NCBI GenBank assembly: GCA_039935515.1
Contig: JBDTKD010000175.1
Span: 1-37,117 of the forward strand
Length of the DNA stretch: 37,117 bases
Source of the DNA: Bradyrhizobium sp.
GTDB taxonomy: Bacteria; Pseudomonadota; Alphaproteobacteria; Rhizobiales; Xanthobacteraceae
Reading direction: 5' to 3'
Within the stretch, counting starts at the first letter, position 1. Every line of letters starts with the position of its first letter. This document shows positions 26,621-35,067 of this stretch, one piece after another. The translations under genes and the position numbers were made by a program. The notes below the pieces were generated by a model that was not told where the DNA came from, did not search any database, and saw only the letters and a list, made by a program, of their open reading frames with translations.

Positions 26621-27382
26621 CTAAACTTCGCCGCCGGCGATCGCGATCGCTTGCCCCGTGATGGCACCTGCGCCCTCGCCGCATAACCAGAGCACGGTGT
26701 CGGCCACTTCCGATGGGGTCACGAGGCGGCCTTGCGGATTGTGCCTGGTGAGTTCGGCCACCGCCTGGTTGTGGCTGCGGCCGGTCTTCTTCATGATGTT
26801 GTCGATGCCGGCGGCGAGCAGGTCGGTGTCGGTAAAGCCGGGACACACGGCATTCACCGTCACACCGGTGCTGGCGAGTTCAAGAGCCAGCGAACGCACC
26901 AGGCCGACCACCGCGTGCTTTGCTGCGCTGTAGGCGCTGACATAGGCATAGCCCTTGAGACCTGCGGTCGATGCAATCGCGACAATGCGGCCATAGCGGC
27001 GATCCTTCATGGCGGGCAACGCGGCCTGAACGACATTTACCACGCCCATGAAATTGACCGCGATCATGCGCTGAAACAGCGCCGCGTCGGATTTGACGAA
27101 CGGTGCGGACTCGGCGATCCCGGCATTGGCGACCACGATATCGATCGGCTGCCGCGCCGCCGCCTCGGCCACGGCCATCGCGGTCGCCGACTGATCGGTC
27201 ACGTCCGTCACTGCGGCGAAATGGGCACGGCCGGCGGCCACGGCGGCGTCCAGCCCGGCGCGGTTGCGGCCGAGCACGGTCACCGTCGCCCCCGCTTGCA
27301 CCAGCGTAGAGGCGATCGCGCGACCGATACCTCGGCCGCCGCCGGTGACCAGCGCATGCGCGGAACGCGGCAGTCCAGACAT
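26621..27382 (-). CDS. Short-chain dehydrogenase/reductase (3-hydroxyacyl-CoA dehydrogenase-like)
   Basis: RBS GGGAGG, TGGGRGIG, ANAG, YSAAK catalytic motif. 253 aa. Confidence 0.9.
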   Translation of the reverse strand: MSGLPRSAHALVTGGGRGIGRAIASTLVQAGATVTVLGRNRAGLDAAVAAGRAHFAAVTDVTDQSATAMAVAEAAARQPIDIVVANAGIAESAPFVKSDAALFQRMIAVNFMGVVNVVQAALPAMKDRRYGRIVAIASTAGLKGYAYVSAYSAAKHAVVGLVRSLALELASTGVTVNAVCPGFTDTDLLAAGIDNIMKKTGRSHNQAVAELTRHNPQGRLVTPSEVADTVLWLCGEGAGAITGQAIAIAGGEV

Positions 27383-27428
27383 GCGCAGCCTCCCGACTGA
27401 ATTAAGCGACGTGGTCACCCGCGTATAT

Positions 27429-27440
27429 TTTAGACTTCAA
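27429..27440. promoter_or_regulatory. Candidate MarR operator, site 4 (TTTA-GACT-TCAA)
   Basis: In the divergent SDR/cupin intergenic region, with AT-rich flanks. Confidence 0.55.
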
Positions 27441-27548
27441 ACTTTTGCAAGAAATCAACCGCTCGGGCCGCATGAGCCATGTCCGTAATGCTTGACACGG
27501 GGAACGCCGAAGGTAGCGTCGTTCGAACCGGAACGAGGGACGGATATC

Positions 27549-27998
27549 ATGGCAGCGCTGGAAAAAGGCATCACGCAGAACGGAACGGGCTATTCCGGCA
27601 AGACCTGGAATATCCTTGGACAGGTCTATTTCCCCAAAGCGGTGACCGACTCCACCTTCGCGTTCGAAACCAACAGCGATCCCGGCCAGTTTGTCCCGGT
27701 TCATATCCACCCCACCCAGGACGAATTCATCCTGGTCCAGGATGGCATGCTGGACCTCAAACTGGACGGCGTGTGGGTGCAGGCCAAGGCCGGAGACCTG
27801 GCCCGGCTGCCCCGCGGCATTCCGCATGGTTACTTCAACAAATCGGACAAGCCGGCGCGGGCGTTGTTCTGGGTGTCGCCGACGCAAAAACTCCAAGCGC
27901 TATTCAACCAGCTTCACAACCTGACGGACGTCGCAGAAATTGTCCGCATCTCCGCCGAGCACGAAGTCAACTTCCTGCCGCCCGAGGCCAACGAGTGA
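27549..27998 (+). CDS. Cupin-domain protein (quercetinase-like), paralog 2
   Basis: RBS GAGGGA. PVHIHPTQDE and GIPHG motifs, colinear with the cupin at 20596. 149 aa. Confidence 0.88.
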   Translation: MAALEKGITQNGTGYSGKTWNILGQVYFPKAVTDSTFAFETNSDPGQFVPVHIHPTQDEFILVQDGMLDLKLDGVWVQAKAGDLARLPRGIPHGYFNKSDKPARALFWVSPTQKLQALFNQLHNLTDVAEIVRISAEHEVNFLPPEANE

Positions 27999-28036
27999 CG
28001 GGACCGGGCTCGCGCTGTTCGCCGGGCTGAAATTGC

Positions 28037-28048
28037 TTTAGATATAAA
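28037..28048. promoter_or_regulatory. Candidate MarR operator, site 5 (TTTA-GATA-TAAA)
   Basis: aaattgc-TTTAGATATAAA-attat, upstream of the five-gene hydrolase operon. Confidence 0.6.
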
Positions 28049-28097
28049 ATTATCGCTTTTCATCGATGCTGGTGCTGTTAGCATCGCCGGGTCCGAC

Positions 28098-28943
28098 ATG
28101 TCAGAGGTTTGCGTGCCCGCGTCTCAGCCCATGAAGACCAGGAATGGCCGTTTCGGCTTCGAGGCCGCCGGCGACGCGGCCTCGCCGCCGGTGGTGTTTC
28201 TGCATGGAATCGGCGGCGCGGCACGCGGATGGCGCAGCCAACTGGATTTTTTTGGCGACCGCTATCGCGCCATCGCGTGGGACATGCCGGGTTACGGTGG
28301 ATCAGCGCCGCTCCCGACCGTCAGCATTTCCACCCTCGCTGATGCGCTGCAGGAATTCCTGCAGCAGGTCGGGGCGTCCCGGGCGATCCTGGTCGGGCAT
28401 TCGATCGGCGGCATGATCGTTCAGCAATGGCTGGTGAAGAATCCGCGCGCCGCCGCGGCCGTCGTGCTCGCCCAGACCAGTCCCGCCTTTGGCAAGCCCG
28501 ACGGCGACTGGCAGAAGAGCTTCATCAACGCGCGGCTCGGCCCGCTCGACCGCGGCGAGACGCTGGTCTCGCTGGCGCCGTCGCTGGTGAAGGAGTTGAT
28601 CGGCGACAACCCGGACGCCGGCGGGATCGCGCTGGCGCGCGACTGCATGGCCGCAGTTCTCGAGGCCACCTATCGCGCCACCATGCTGGCCCTGATCGGA
28701 TTCGACCTCCGCCATGCGCTGAAACAAATCACGGTGCCGACGCTGGTGCTGTCGGGCTCCAGGGACAACAATGCCCCGGCGCCGATGATGGCGAAAATGG
28801 CGACTTATATTCCATCCGCGAGCTATGTCGAACTGGAGGGCGTCGGTCACCTCGCCAACCTCGAACGCCCGGGTGCGTTCAATGCCGCGCTCGATCAATT
28901 CCTCAAGACCAACGCGGCGGCAGCACAGGTGACGGCATCATGA
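28098..28943 (+). CDS. Alpha/beta-fold hydrolase (PcaD/MhpC-like)
   Basis: FLHGIGG, WDMPGYG, GHSIGG nucleophile, GSRD acid, GHLANLE His. Alternative start at 28131. Confidence 0.85.
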   Translation: MSEVCVPASQPMKTRNGRFGFEAAGDAASPPVVFLHGIGGAARGWRSQLDFFGDRYRAIAWDMPGYGGSAPLPTVSISTLADALQEFLQQVGASRAILVGHSIGGMIVQQWLVKNPRAAAAVVLAQTSPAFGKPDGDWQKSFINARLGPLDRGETLVSLAPSLVKELIGDNPDAGGIALARDCMAAVLEATYRATMLALIGFDLRHALKQITVPTLVLSGSRDNNAPAPMMAKMATYIPSASYVELEGVGHLANLERPGAFNAALDQFLKTNAAAAQVTAS

Positions 28944-30229
28944 TGGTCCAGGCCACCAGGAGCGCGGCGGCGATCGACGCGATCGATCTCGACCAGCCGA
29001 TGTACGATCCCAGCGCGTTCCGCCTGAATAGTGAGCAGGCCGCGATCATCGCGACCGCGCGCCGGTTGGGTCAATCCGTCTTCGCCGGCCGCGCCGCCGC
29101 CTACGACCGCGAAGCCAAATTCCCGACCGAGAATTACCGCGATCTGCACCGCGCGGGCCTGCTCGGAATCGCCATCCCGAAAAAGCAGGGCGGCCTCGGC
29201 GCAGACTACCAGACCTACGCGCTGGCAGCCGCCGAGATCGGCCGCTATTGCGGCGCGACCGCTCTGACCTGGAACATGCATGTCTGCTCGACGCTGTGGT
29301 CCGGCCCGCTGACGGACGATCTCGACATGGATGCTGCGACCCGTGCCGAACACGAGCGGCGGCGCGCCATCCACTACAAGCGTATCGTCGACAATGGCGC
29401 GATCTACTCGCAGCCGTTCTCGGAAGGAGGCGCAGCTGCGGCCGGCGGGGTTGCGTTCGGCACCGAGGCAAAGCCGGTCAAAGGCGGCTGGCTGGTCAAC
29501 GGCAAGAAGATTTTCGCTTCGCTTTCCGGCCACGCCGATTACTACGGCGTACTCTGCACCGAGGTCGCGGAAGGCGAGAAGGCCTCCCGACGCAACACGC
29601 TCTATCTTGCCGTGCCCGCCACGACCGATGGCGTATCCGTGGTCGGCGACTGGGATCCGCTCGGCATGCGCGGCACGGTCTCGCGCACGTTGCTGTTCAA
29701 GGACGCGTTCGTGCCGGAGGATGCGGCGCTGATGCCGCGCGGGGTCTATTTCCAGGCGGCGATGCGCTGGCCGCATATGTTCCTGACGCTGTCGCCGACC
29801 TATATCGGGCTCGCGCAGGCGGCCTATGATTTCACCGTGCGTTATCTGCGCGGCGAGGTGCCGGGTACGCCGCCGGTCAAGCGGCGGATGTATCCGACCA
29901 AGCAGATCGCGGTCGCACAGATGCAGATCAGGCTCGAGCAGGTCAAGGCGATCTGGTTCCAGGCCGTCACCGAGGCCTGCGCCAACCCGACCAAGGAGCA
30001 GGTGCTGCGGGCCTATGCCGCGCAATATTCCGCGATGGAGGGCGCCAACGAAACCGCCGCCCTGGCGATCCGCACCTGCGGCGGCCAGGCGATGCTGAAA
30101 TCCCTGCCGCTCGAACGGATCTATCGCGACAGCCGCTGCGGTTCGCTGATGCTGCCCTGGACCGCCGAACTCTGCCTCGACCGTATCGGCCGCGAAGCGC
30201 TGTATGAGAGCGGTGAATCGGACGAGTAG
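28940..30229 (+). CDS. Acyl-CoA dehydrogenase-family flavoprotein
   Basis: ATGA overlap with the upstream stop. GGLG, NGKKIFAS, WDPLGMRGTVS, LERIYRDSR motifs. 429 aa. Confidence 0.88.
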   Translation: MMVQATRSAAAIDAIDLDQPMYDPSAFRLNSEQAAIIATARRLGQSVFAGRAAAYDREAKFPTENYRDLHRAGLLGIAIPKKQGGLGADYQTYALAAAEIGRYCGATALTWNMHVCSTLWSGPLTDDLDMDAATRAEHERRRAIHYKRIVDNGAIYSQPFSEGGAAAAGGVAFGTEAKPVKGGWLVNGKKIFASLSGHADYYGVLCTEVAEGEKASRRNTLYLAVPATTDGVSVVGDWDPLGMRGTVSRTLLFKDAFVPEDAALMPRGVYFQAAMRWPHMFLTLSPTYIGLAQAAYDFTVRYLRGEVPGTPPVKRRMYPTKQIAVAQMQIRLEQVKAIWFQAVTEACANPTKEQVLRAYAAQYSAMEGANETAALAIRTCGGQAMLKSLPLERIYRDSRCGSLMLPWTAELCLDRIGREALYESGESDE

Positions 30230-30232
30230 CGC

Positions 30233-31750
30233 GTGGACCTCTGCAGTTTAATCGAGCGCAATGCCGCTTTTTCTCCCGACAAGCCCGCGATCGCTTTCGA
30301 GGGCGAGGTCCTGAGTTACGCGGCGTTCCGTGCGCGCATCGAACAGGCCGCGCGGGCGCTCAGGGCCGAATTCGGCATCGGCCGCGGCGATCGCGTCGCC
30401 GTCCTGAGCCTGAACCGGCCGGACTATCTCGTGCTGCTCTATGCCTGCGCGCGGCTCGGCGCCGTGCTGGTGCCGTTGAACTGGCGGCTCGCCGCCGTCG
30501 AACAATTGTTCATCCTCACCGACGCCGCGGTCAAGCTGCTGGTGCTCGAACAGGCCTTTGCCGGCATTTTGCCGGCGCTCGAGGCGCGCCTGCCTGCAAC
30601 CGGCGTCATTGGGTTCGACTTTGCGCCGCCGCGCGGAGACGCATTCGATCGGCTGCTGGCTCGAACGCGCGGCAACGGACCCATCGCGGATGCCGATCTG
30701 TCGTGCCCGCTGCTGATCGTCTACACGTCAGGCACCACGGGAAGGCCGAAAGGCGCCGTGCTACGACAGGAGGCGCTGCTGTGGAACGGAGTGATGAGCC
30801 AACACATGCATGGCCTCACCTCGGACGATCATGTCCTCACGGTGCTGCCGTTCTTCCATGTCGGCGGCCTCAACATCCAGACCACGCCGGCCCTGCACCA
30901 CGGCGCCACCGTGACCATCCATTCCCGCTTCACGCCGGAGGCGGCGCTCGCCACCATTGCCCGCGACCGCCCGACATTGACGGTGCTGGTGCCGGCGACG
31001 ATCCAGGCAATGAGCGACCATCCGGATTGGGTCCTCACCGATCTGTCCTCGCTGCGCGCGGTTTCGACCGGATCGACCATCGTGCCGCCGCATCTGATCG
31101 AACGGTTGGTTGCGCGCGGCGTGCCGGTGCTCCAGGTCTATGGCTCGACCGAGACCTGCCCCGTTGCGGTCTATACCCGCCTCGGCGGCGATCTGTCGCG
31201 CGCCGGTTCGACCGGCTTGCCCGGCCTGTACTGCGAGGCGGCCGTGGTGGACGACAATGGCCGTGAGCTGCCGCCGGATGTACCGGGTGAAATCGTGGTG
31301 CGCGGCCCCAACGTATTCTGCGAATATTGGGGCAATCCGGAAGCCACCAGCGAGGCGCTGCGCGACGGCTGGTATCGCACCGGGGACATCGGCCGCCGCG
31401 ATGCCGACGGCTATTTCTGGGTGCACGACCGCAAGAAGAACCTGATCATATCCGGTGGCGAGAACATCTATCCAGCAGAAGTCGAACGGGTGCTGCGGGA
31501 GCATCCCGACGTCGTGGAGTGCGGCGTGATCGGCCGGCCCGATCCGAGATGGAACGAGGTGCCGGTGGCCTACGTGATCCGGCGCGTCGGCTGTACGGTC
31601 GAGGCGGAGGGGTTGAAAGCGCATGTGCTGACGCAGCTTGCGCGCTTCAAGGTGCCGCGCGACATCGTTTTCGTCGATGATCTGCCGCGCACCGCGCTGG
31701 GCAAGGTGCAGCATTTCATGCTGAGGAAACTCGTTGGAGGGGCGTCTTGA
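30233..31750 (+). CDS. Acyl-CoA synthetase (class I adenylate-forming, FadD/MenE-like)
   Basis: YTSGTTGRPKG, YGSTET, WYRTGD, IISGGENIYP, PRTALGK. GTG start. Confidence 0.9.
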   Translation: MDLCSLIERNAAFSPDKPAIAFEGEVLSYAAFRARIEQAARALRAEFGIGRGDRVAVLSLNRPDYLVLLYACARLGAVLVPLNWRLAAVEQLFILTDAAVKLLVLEQAFAGILPALEARLPATGVIGFDFAPPRGDAFDRLLARTRGNGPIADADLSCPLLIVYTSGTTGRPKGAVLRQEALLWNGVMSQHMHGLTSDDHVLTVLPFFHVGGLNIQTTPALHHGATVTIHSRFTPEAALATIARDRPTLTVLVPATIQAMSDHPDWVLTDLSSLRAVSTGSTIVPPHLIERLVARGVPVLQVYGSTETCPVAVYTRLGGDLSRAGSTGLPGLYCEAAVVDDNGRELPPDVPGEIVVRGPNVFCEYWGNPEATSEALRDGWYRTGDIGRRDADGYFWVHDRKKNLIISGGENIYPAEVERVLREHPDVVECGVIGRPDPRWNEVPVAYVIRRVGCTVEAEGLKAHVLTQLARFKVPRDIVFVDDLPRTALGKVQHFMLRKLVGGAS

Positions 31751-32841
31751 AGATCGCCGTGCTCGGTGGCGGCAACGGGTCATTCGCGGCCGCCGGCGAT
31801 TTTGCGCTTGCAGGCCACGAGGTCCGGCTCTGGCGGCGTGACGAGAGGCAGGCAAAAACGCACCGCGAGGCCGGCTCGCGCATCCTTCTCAAGGACGTCA
31901 ACGGCCGCCACGAGGTATTGCTGGCGCTGGTGACGTCGGATATGGCTGAGGCCGCGCGTGATACCGATCTGATCCTGTGCCCTGCCCCGGCCTTTGCCCA
32001 GGCTGACATCGCAGCCCGGCTCGCGCCGCACCTTGGCGACGGACAGGTGGTGTTCCTGCCGCCGGCGACCTTCGGTTCGATGATTTTCGCCAGGGCCGCC
32101 CGCGACGCCGGCAACCGCGCGGCGGCGAGCTTTGCCGAGACCGGCACGCTGCCATGGTTGACGCGCAAGCACGGGCCGTTCGAGGTCGCCATCACCATCC
32201 GCGCCAAGCGGCTGCCGGTCGGGGTCTTCCCGTTCAAGGCGGCCAGCCACGCGCTCGACGTGATCGGGCGAGCCTTTCCGGGCGTGATCGAGCCCTGCGG
32301 CGATGCGCTGTCGGCGGCGCTGATGACTGCTGGCCCGATCATCCATCCGCCGCTGATTGTCATGAACGCCGGGCCGGTCGAGCATTTCGAGCGCTGGGAT
32401 ATCCACAAGGAAGGCACCCAGGCCGCGATCCGACGGGTCACCGACGCGCTGGATGCCGAACGGATCGCGGTGCGCGAGGGCTTCGGCTATGGCGCCCCGC
32501 ACTTTCCGCTGGCACATCATTACGCCAGCGAGGGCGAGATATGGATGTACGGCCGCGGTTCGCATGGCCGGCTGACCGATTCCGGCGACTGGCGCGAGCG
32601 CATCGTGCTGACCGAGCATCGCTATATGCGCGAGGATTTGCGCCTCGGCCTGTCATTGCTGGTCTCGGTCGCCGAACTGGCCGGCGTGGCGACGCCGCTG
32701 GCGAGATCCTTCCTGGCCATCGGCGGTGCGATCTGCGGCGAGGATTTTGTCACCGACGGCCGCACACTGGCAAGTCTCGGTCTCGGTGGCCTCGACCGCG
32801 GCCGGTTGCAAACCCTGCTGCGCGAGGGTTTTGGCCCATGA
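31747..32841 (+). CDS. NAD/NADP-dependent octopine/nopaline (opine) dehydrogenase family protein
   Basis: KIAVLGGGNG, AETGTLP, IIHPP, LDAERIA, HRYMRED. TTG start overlaps the upstream TGA (TTGA), with GGAGG RBS. Confidence 0.82.
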   Translation: MKIAVLGGGNGSFAAAGDFALAGHEVRLWRRDERQAKTHREAGSRILLKDVNGRHEVLLALVTSDMAEAARDTDLILCPAPAFAQADIAARLAPHLGDGQVVFLPPATFGSMIFARAARDAGNRAAASFAETGTLPWLTRKHGPFEVAITIRAKRLPVGVFPFKAASHALDVIGRAFPGVIEPCGDALSAALMTAGPIIHPPLIVMNAGPVEHFERWDIHKEGTQAAIRRVTDALDAERIAVREGFGYGAPHFPLAHHYASEGEIWMYGRGSHGRLTDSGDWRERIVLTEHRYMREDLRLGLSLLVSVAELAGVATPLARSFLAIGGAICGEDFVTDGRTLASLGLGGLDRGRLQTLLREGFGP

Positions 32842-33833
32842 CCACAGCTCGTCCCCGCATTGCCTGCCTCGGGGCCGGCCGCATGGGCCGCGGCATCGCG
32901 GTCGCCTTCGCCTATGCCGGCCACGACGTCACCTTGATCGACGTCAAACCGCGCTCCGCGGACGCGTTCGCAACCCTCGAATCCGAGGCGATCGGCGAGA
33001 TCCGGAAAACGCTGGCAAGCCTGGCGCGGTTCGGCTTGCTGGCGGACCATGACGCCGCGGTGGTGGGCGCGCGGGTCTCCGTGATGCCGGCGCCAAACAT
33101 GGCCGCCGCGCTCGCCGATGCCGGCATCGTGTTCGAAGGCGTCCCGGAGGTGGTCGAACTCAAGCGCGAGGTGCTGGCGGCGGCCTCGAAATGGGTCGGG
33201 CCTGATGTCGTCATCGCCTCGACCACATCGACCATCCTCGTCGACGACCTCTCCCGGGCAGTCGAGCATCCCGATCGCTTTCTCAATGTACACTGGCTCA
33301 ACCCGGCCTATCTGATTCCCCTGGTTGAGATTTCGCCGGGGACTGCAACCGATCCGACGGTGATTGCCGCGGTCAAGACGTTGCTCGAAGGCATCGGCAA
33401 GGTGCCGGTGGTGTGCGCGGCCACCCCCGGCTTCATCGTGCCGCGGATCCAGGCGCTGGCCATGAACGAGGCGGCGCGGATGGTGGAGGAAGGCGTCGCC
33501 AGCGCCGAGGATATCGACACCGCGATCCGCTATGGGTTCGGCTTCCGCTACGCGGTGCTGGGCCTTCTGGAATTCATCGACTGGGGCGGCGGCGATATCC
33601 TCTATTACGCCAGCCGCTATCTCGAGGGCGCGCTCGGCAGCGATCGCTACCGCGCGCCAGAGGTGATCGAGCGCAACATGCGCGACGGCCGCATCGGCCT
33701 GCGCACCGGCGCCGGCTTCCTCGACTATTCCGGCCTCGACATCGACGCCTATCGCGAGCGGCGGCTGGCGGCGCTGGTCGATATGCTCAGGCATGTCGGA
33801 CTGGCGCGTCCGCCGGTGCTCGACAAGGATTGA
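32838..33833 (+). CDS. 3-hydroxyacyl-CoA (3-hydroxybutyryl-CoA) dehydrogenase family
   Basis: ATGA overlap. GAGRMGRGIA, EGVPE..LK, ASTTS, HWLNP..LVE His-Glu dyad, PGFI. 331 aa. Confidence 0.88.
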   Translation: MTTARPRIACLGAGRMGRGIAVAFAYAGHDVTLIDVKPRSADAFATLESEAIGEIRKTLASLARFGLLADHDAAVVGARVSVMPAPNMAAALADAGIVFEGVPEVVELKREVLAAASKWVGPDVVIASTTSTILVDDLSRAVEHPDRFLNVHWLNPAYLIPLVEISPGTATDPTVIAAVKTLLEGIGKVPVVCAATPGFIVPRIQALAMNEAARMVEEGVASAEDIDTAIRYGFGFRYAVLGLLEFIDWGGGDILYYASRYLEGALGSDRYRAPEVIERNMRDGRIGLRTGAGFLDYSGLDIDAYRERRLAALVDMLRHVGLARPPVLDKD

Positions 33834-33870
33834 AGTATTTTTCCGGTTCACTCCAATCATTGTCGCTTCT

Positions 33871-33973
33871 CGTGGCCTCATGGTTCGAGACGCGCGAAGC
33901 CGCGCTCCTCACCATGAGGGTCTGAGACCTCATCCTGAGGAGCAGCGCGAAGCGATGCGTCTCGAAGGATGAA
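33871..33973. repeat. REP-like family A inverted doublet
   Basis: cgtggcctcatggttcgagacgcg..ctcctcaccatgaggg (33871-33920) and cctcatcctgaggagc..cgtctcgaaggatg (33928-33971). Convergent junction. Confidence 0.9.
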
Positions 33974-33994
33974 TCCGTTATGGTCAAAATTGCA

Positions 33995-35041
33995 CTAACC
34001 GAACACATCCTGCAGCACCCCTTCGCGGACCACCGCGACGCCATCGAGTTCGATGGTCGTGCCCATCATGGGAAGATCGAAATGGCCGGCGGTGTAGCGC
34101 CCGGCGAATTCGTTGGCGCCGGTGGAAAACAGGAAGTTGCCGGCGACCGCCCGCAGCTCGGTGCCGTTGGTATCGCGCTGGTCGTACATCGCAAGCGATT
34201 CATAGCGTGCCGCCGGGTTCATGCCGAACCCGACATGGGACACTGCATAGGCCTCGCGGTCGCCCCACGCCGCCAGATAGGCGCGCATCATGGCGGCGTC
34301 GGCGCCATCGCCGGAGAGCTCGATGACATAATCGTCCTTCAGCGTCATCCGGACCGGCGAGGTCAGATAGCGCTTGAAGGTGAGATTGATGTCGCCCGCC
34401 GCCATCACCAGCGTGCCGTTGACGGTGCCGCTTTTGGGAAAGCTGACGACGATGCCGCCTGGCCAATGCGCCAGCGTGCCCGGTTTGTCGGTCCAGCCCC
34501 ATACGCCGACGGTGGAAGCCCCGGCCATATCGACGTCAAGCTCGGTCCCGGCTTTGGAGGTGACGCGCATGCGCCTGGCCCCTCGCAGCATCTTCGCCGC
34601 CGCCCGCACCCGTTTTTCGAGCGCCGTGTCCGGTACCATGCGCTCGAGCGCTTCGGGATGCTCGTTGGAGATCACCAGAATGCGCGCACCGGCTTTGAGG
34701 ATTTCCGGCGTTTCCACCGCATGCATCAATCCTTCGATGGTGCAATCGACCACGAAGCCGGCCTGCTGCAGCGCCGTGACGACAGGGCCGAGCCGCTGAA
34801 TCGCTTCGCTGGCGCCGGTGGAGCGGACCGGCACGATCTGCTTGTTGCGCGGCGTCGGCACCACGACGTGAAACGGCCTCGCGCCCATCCGCAGCAATGC
34901 CAGCTCGGCGAGATGAACGTTGAGCGCGCGCGACTGGGTTTCCGACAGGATCGCCGCAGTGTCGCCGGGCTTGACGGCGCAGCGCTCGAAAATCTCGCAG
35001 AACGCGTCGATCCATTTCGCCTCGATGCGGTCCGCCAGCAT
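33995..35041 (-). CDS. NicX-family (2,5-dihydroxypyridine 5,6-dioxygenase-like, often annotated peptidase M29) non-heme iron dioxygenase
   Basis: EILKAGARIL, PG..HWP.G, YAVSHVGFG, GNFLFSTG.N and GHFD motifs match NicX as I recall it, including the His/His/Asp iron ligands. RBS GAGGAG. Confidence 0.75.
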   Translation of the reverse strand: MLADRIEAKWIDAFCEIFERCAVKPGDTAAILSETQSRALNVHLAELALLRMGARPFHVVVPTPRNKQIVPVRSTGASEAIQRLGPVVTALQQAGFVVDCTIEGLMHAVETPEILKAGARILVISNEHPEALERMVPDTALEKRVRAAAKMLRGARRMRVTSKAGTELDVDMAGASTVGVWGWTDKPGTLAHWPGGIVVSFPKSGTVNGTLVMAAGDINLTFKRYLTSPVRMTLKDDYVIELSGDGADAAMMRAYLAAWGDREAYAVSHVGFGMNPAARYESLAMYDQRDTNGTELRAVAGNFLFSTGANEFAGRYTAGHFDLPMMGTTIELDGVAVVREGVLQDVFG

Positions 35042-35067
35042 GCTTCATCTCCTCTTCAACAATTGGT

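Noticed and set aside
28427-28939. Long N-terminal extensions in the ORF track (28427 ACAD, 32154 HAD, 1398 ABC, 4010 cupin, 36636 permease, 21568 GIY-YIG) suggesting fusions
   Set aside because: The extensions overlap upstream genes or REPs in another frame. Downstream starts with an RBS or ATGA coupling give family-typical lengths.
2505-34044. Short ORFs containing MVRSAATPRVSNHEA or SFETR..LLRMR (e.g. 2602-2853, 15297-16055, 20923-21132, 23033-23410, 33787-34044)
   Set aside because: They are translations of the family A REP, which contains ATG codons. They run antisense into real genes and have no protein motifs.
33995-35041. Leucyl aminopeptidase (peptidase M29) function
   Set aside because: Length, motifs and catabolic context fit the NicX dioxygenase branch of this fold better. 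Not excluded experimentally.
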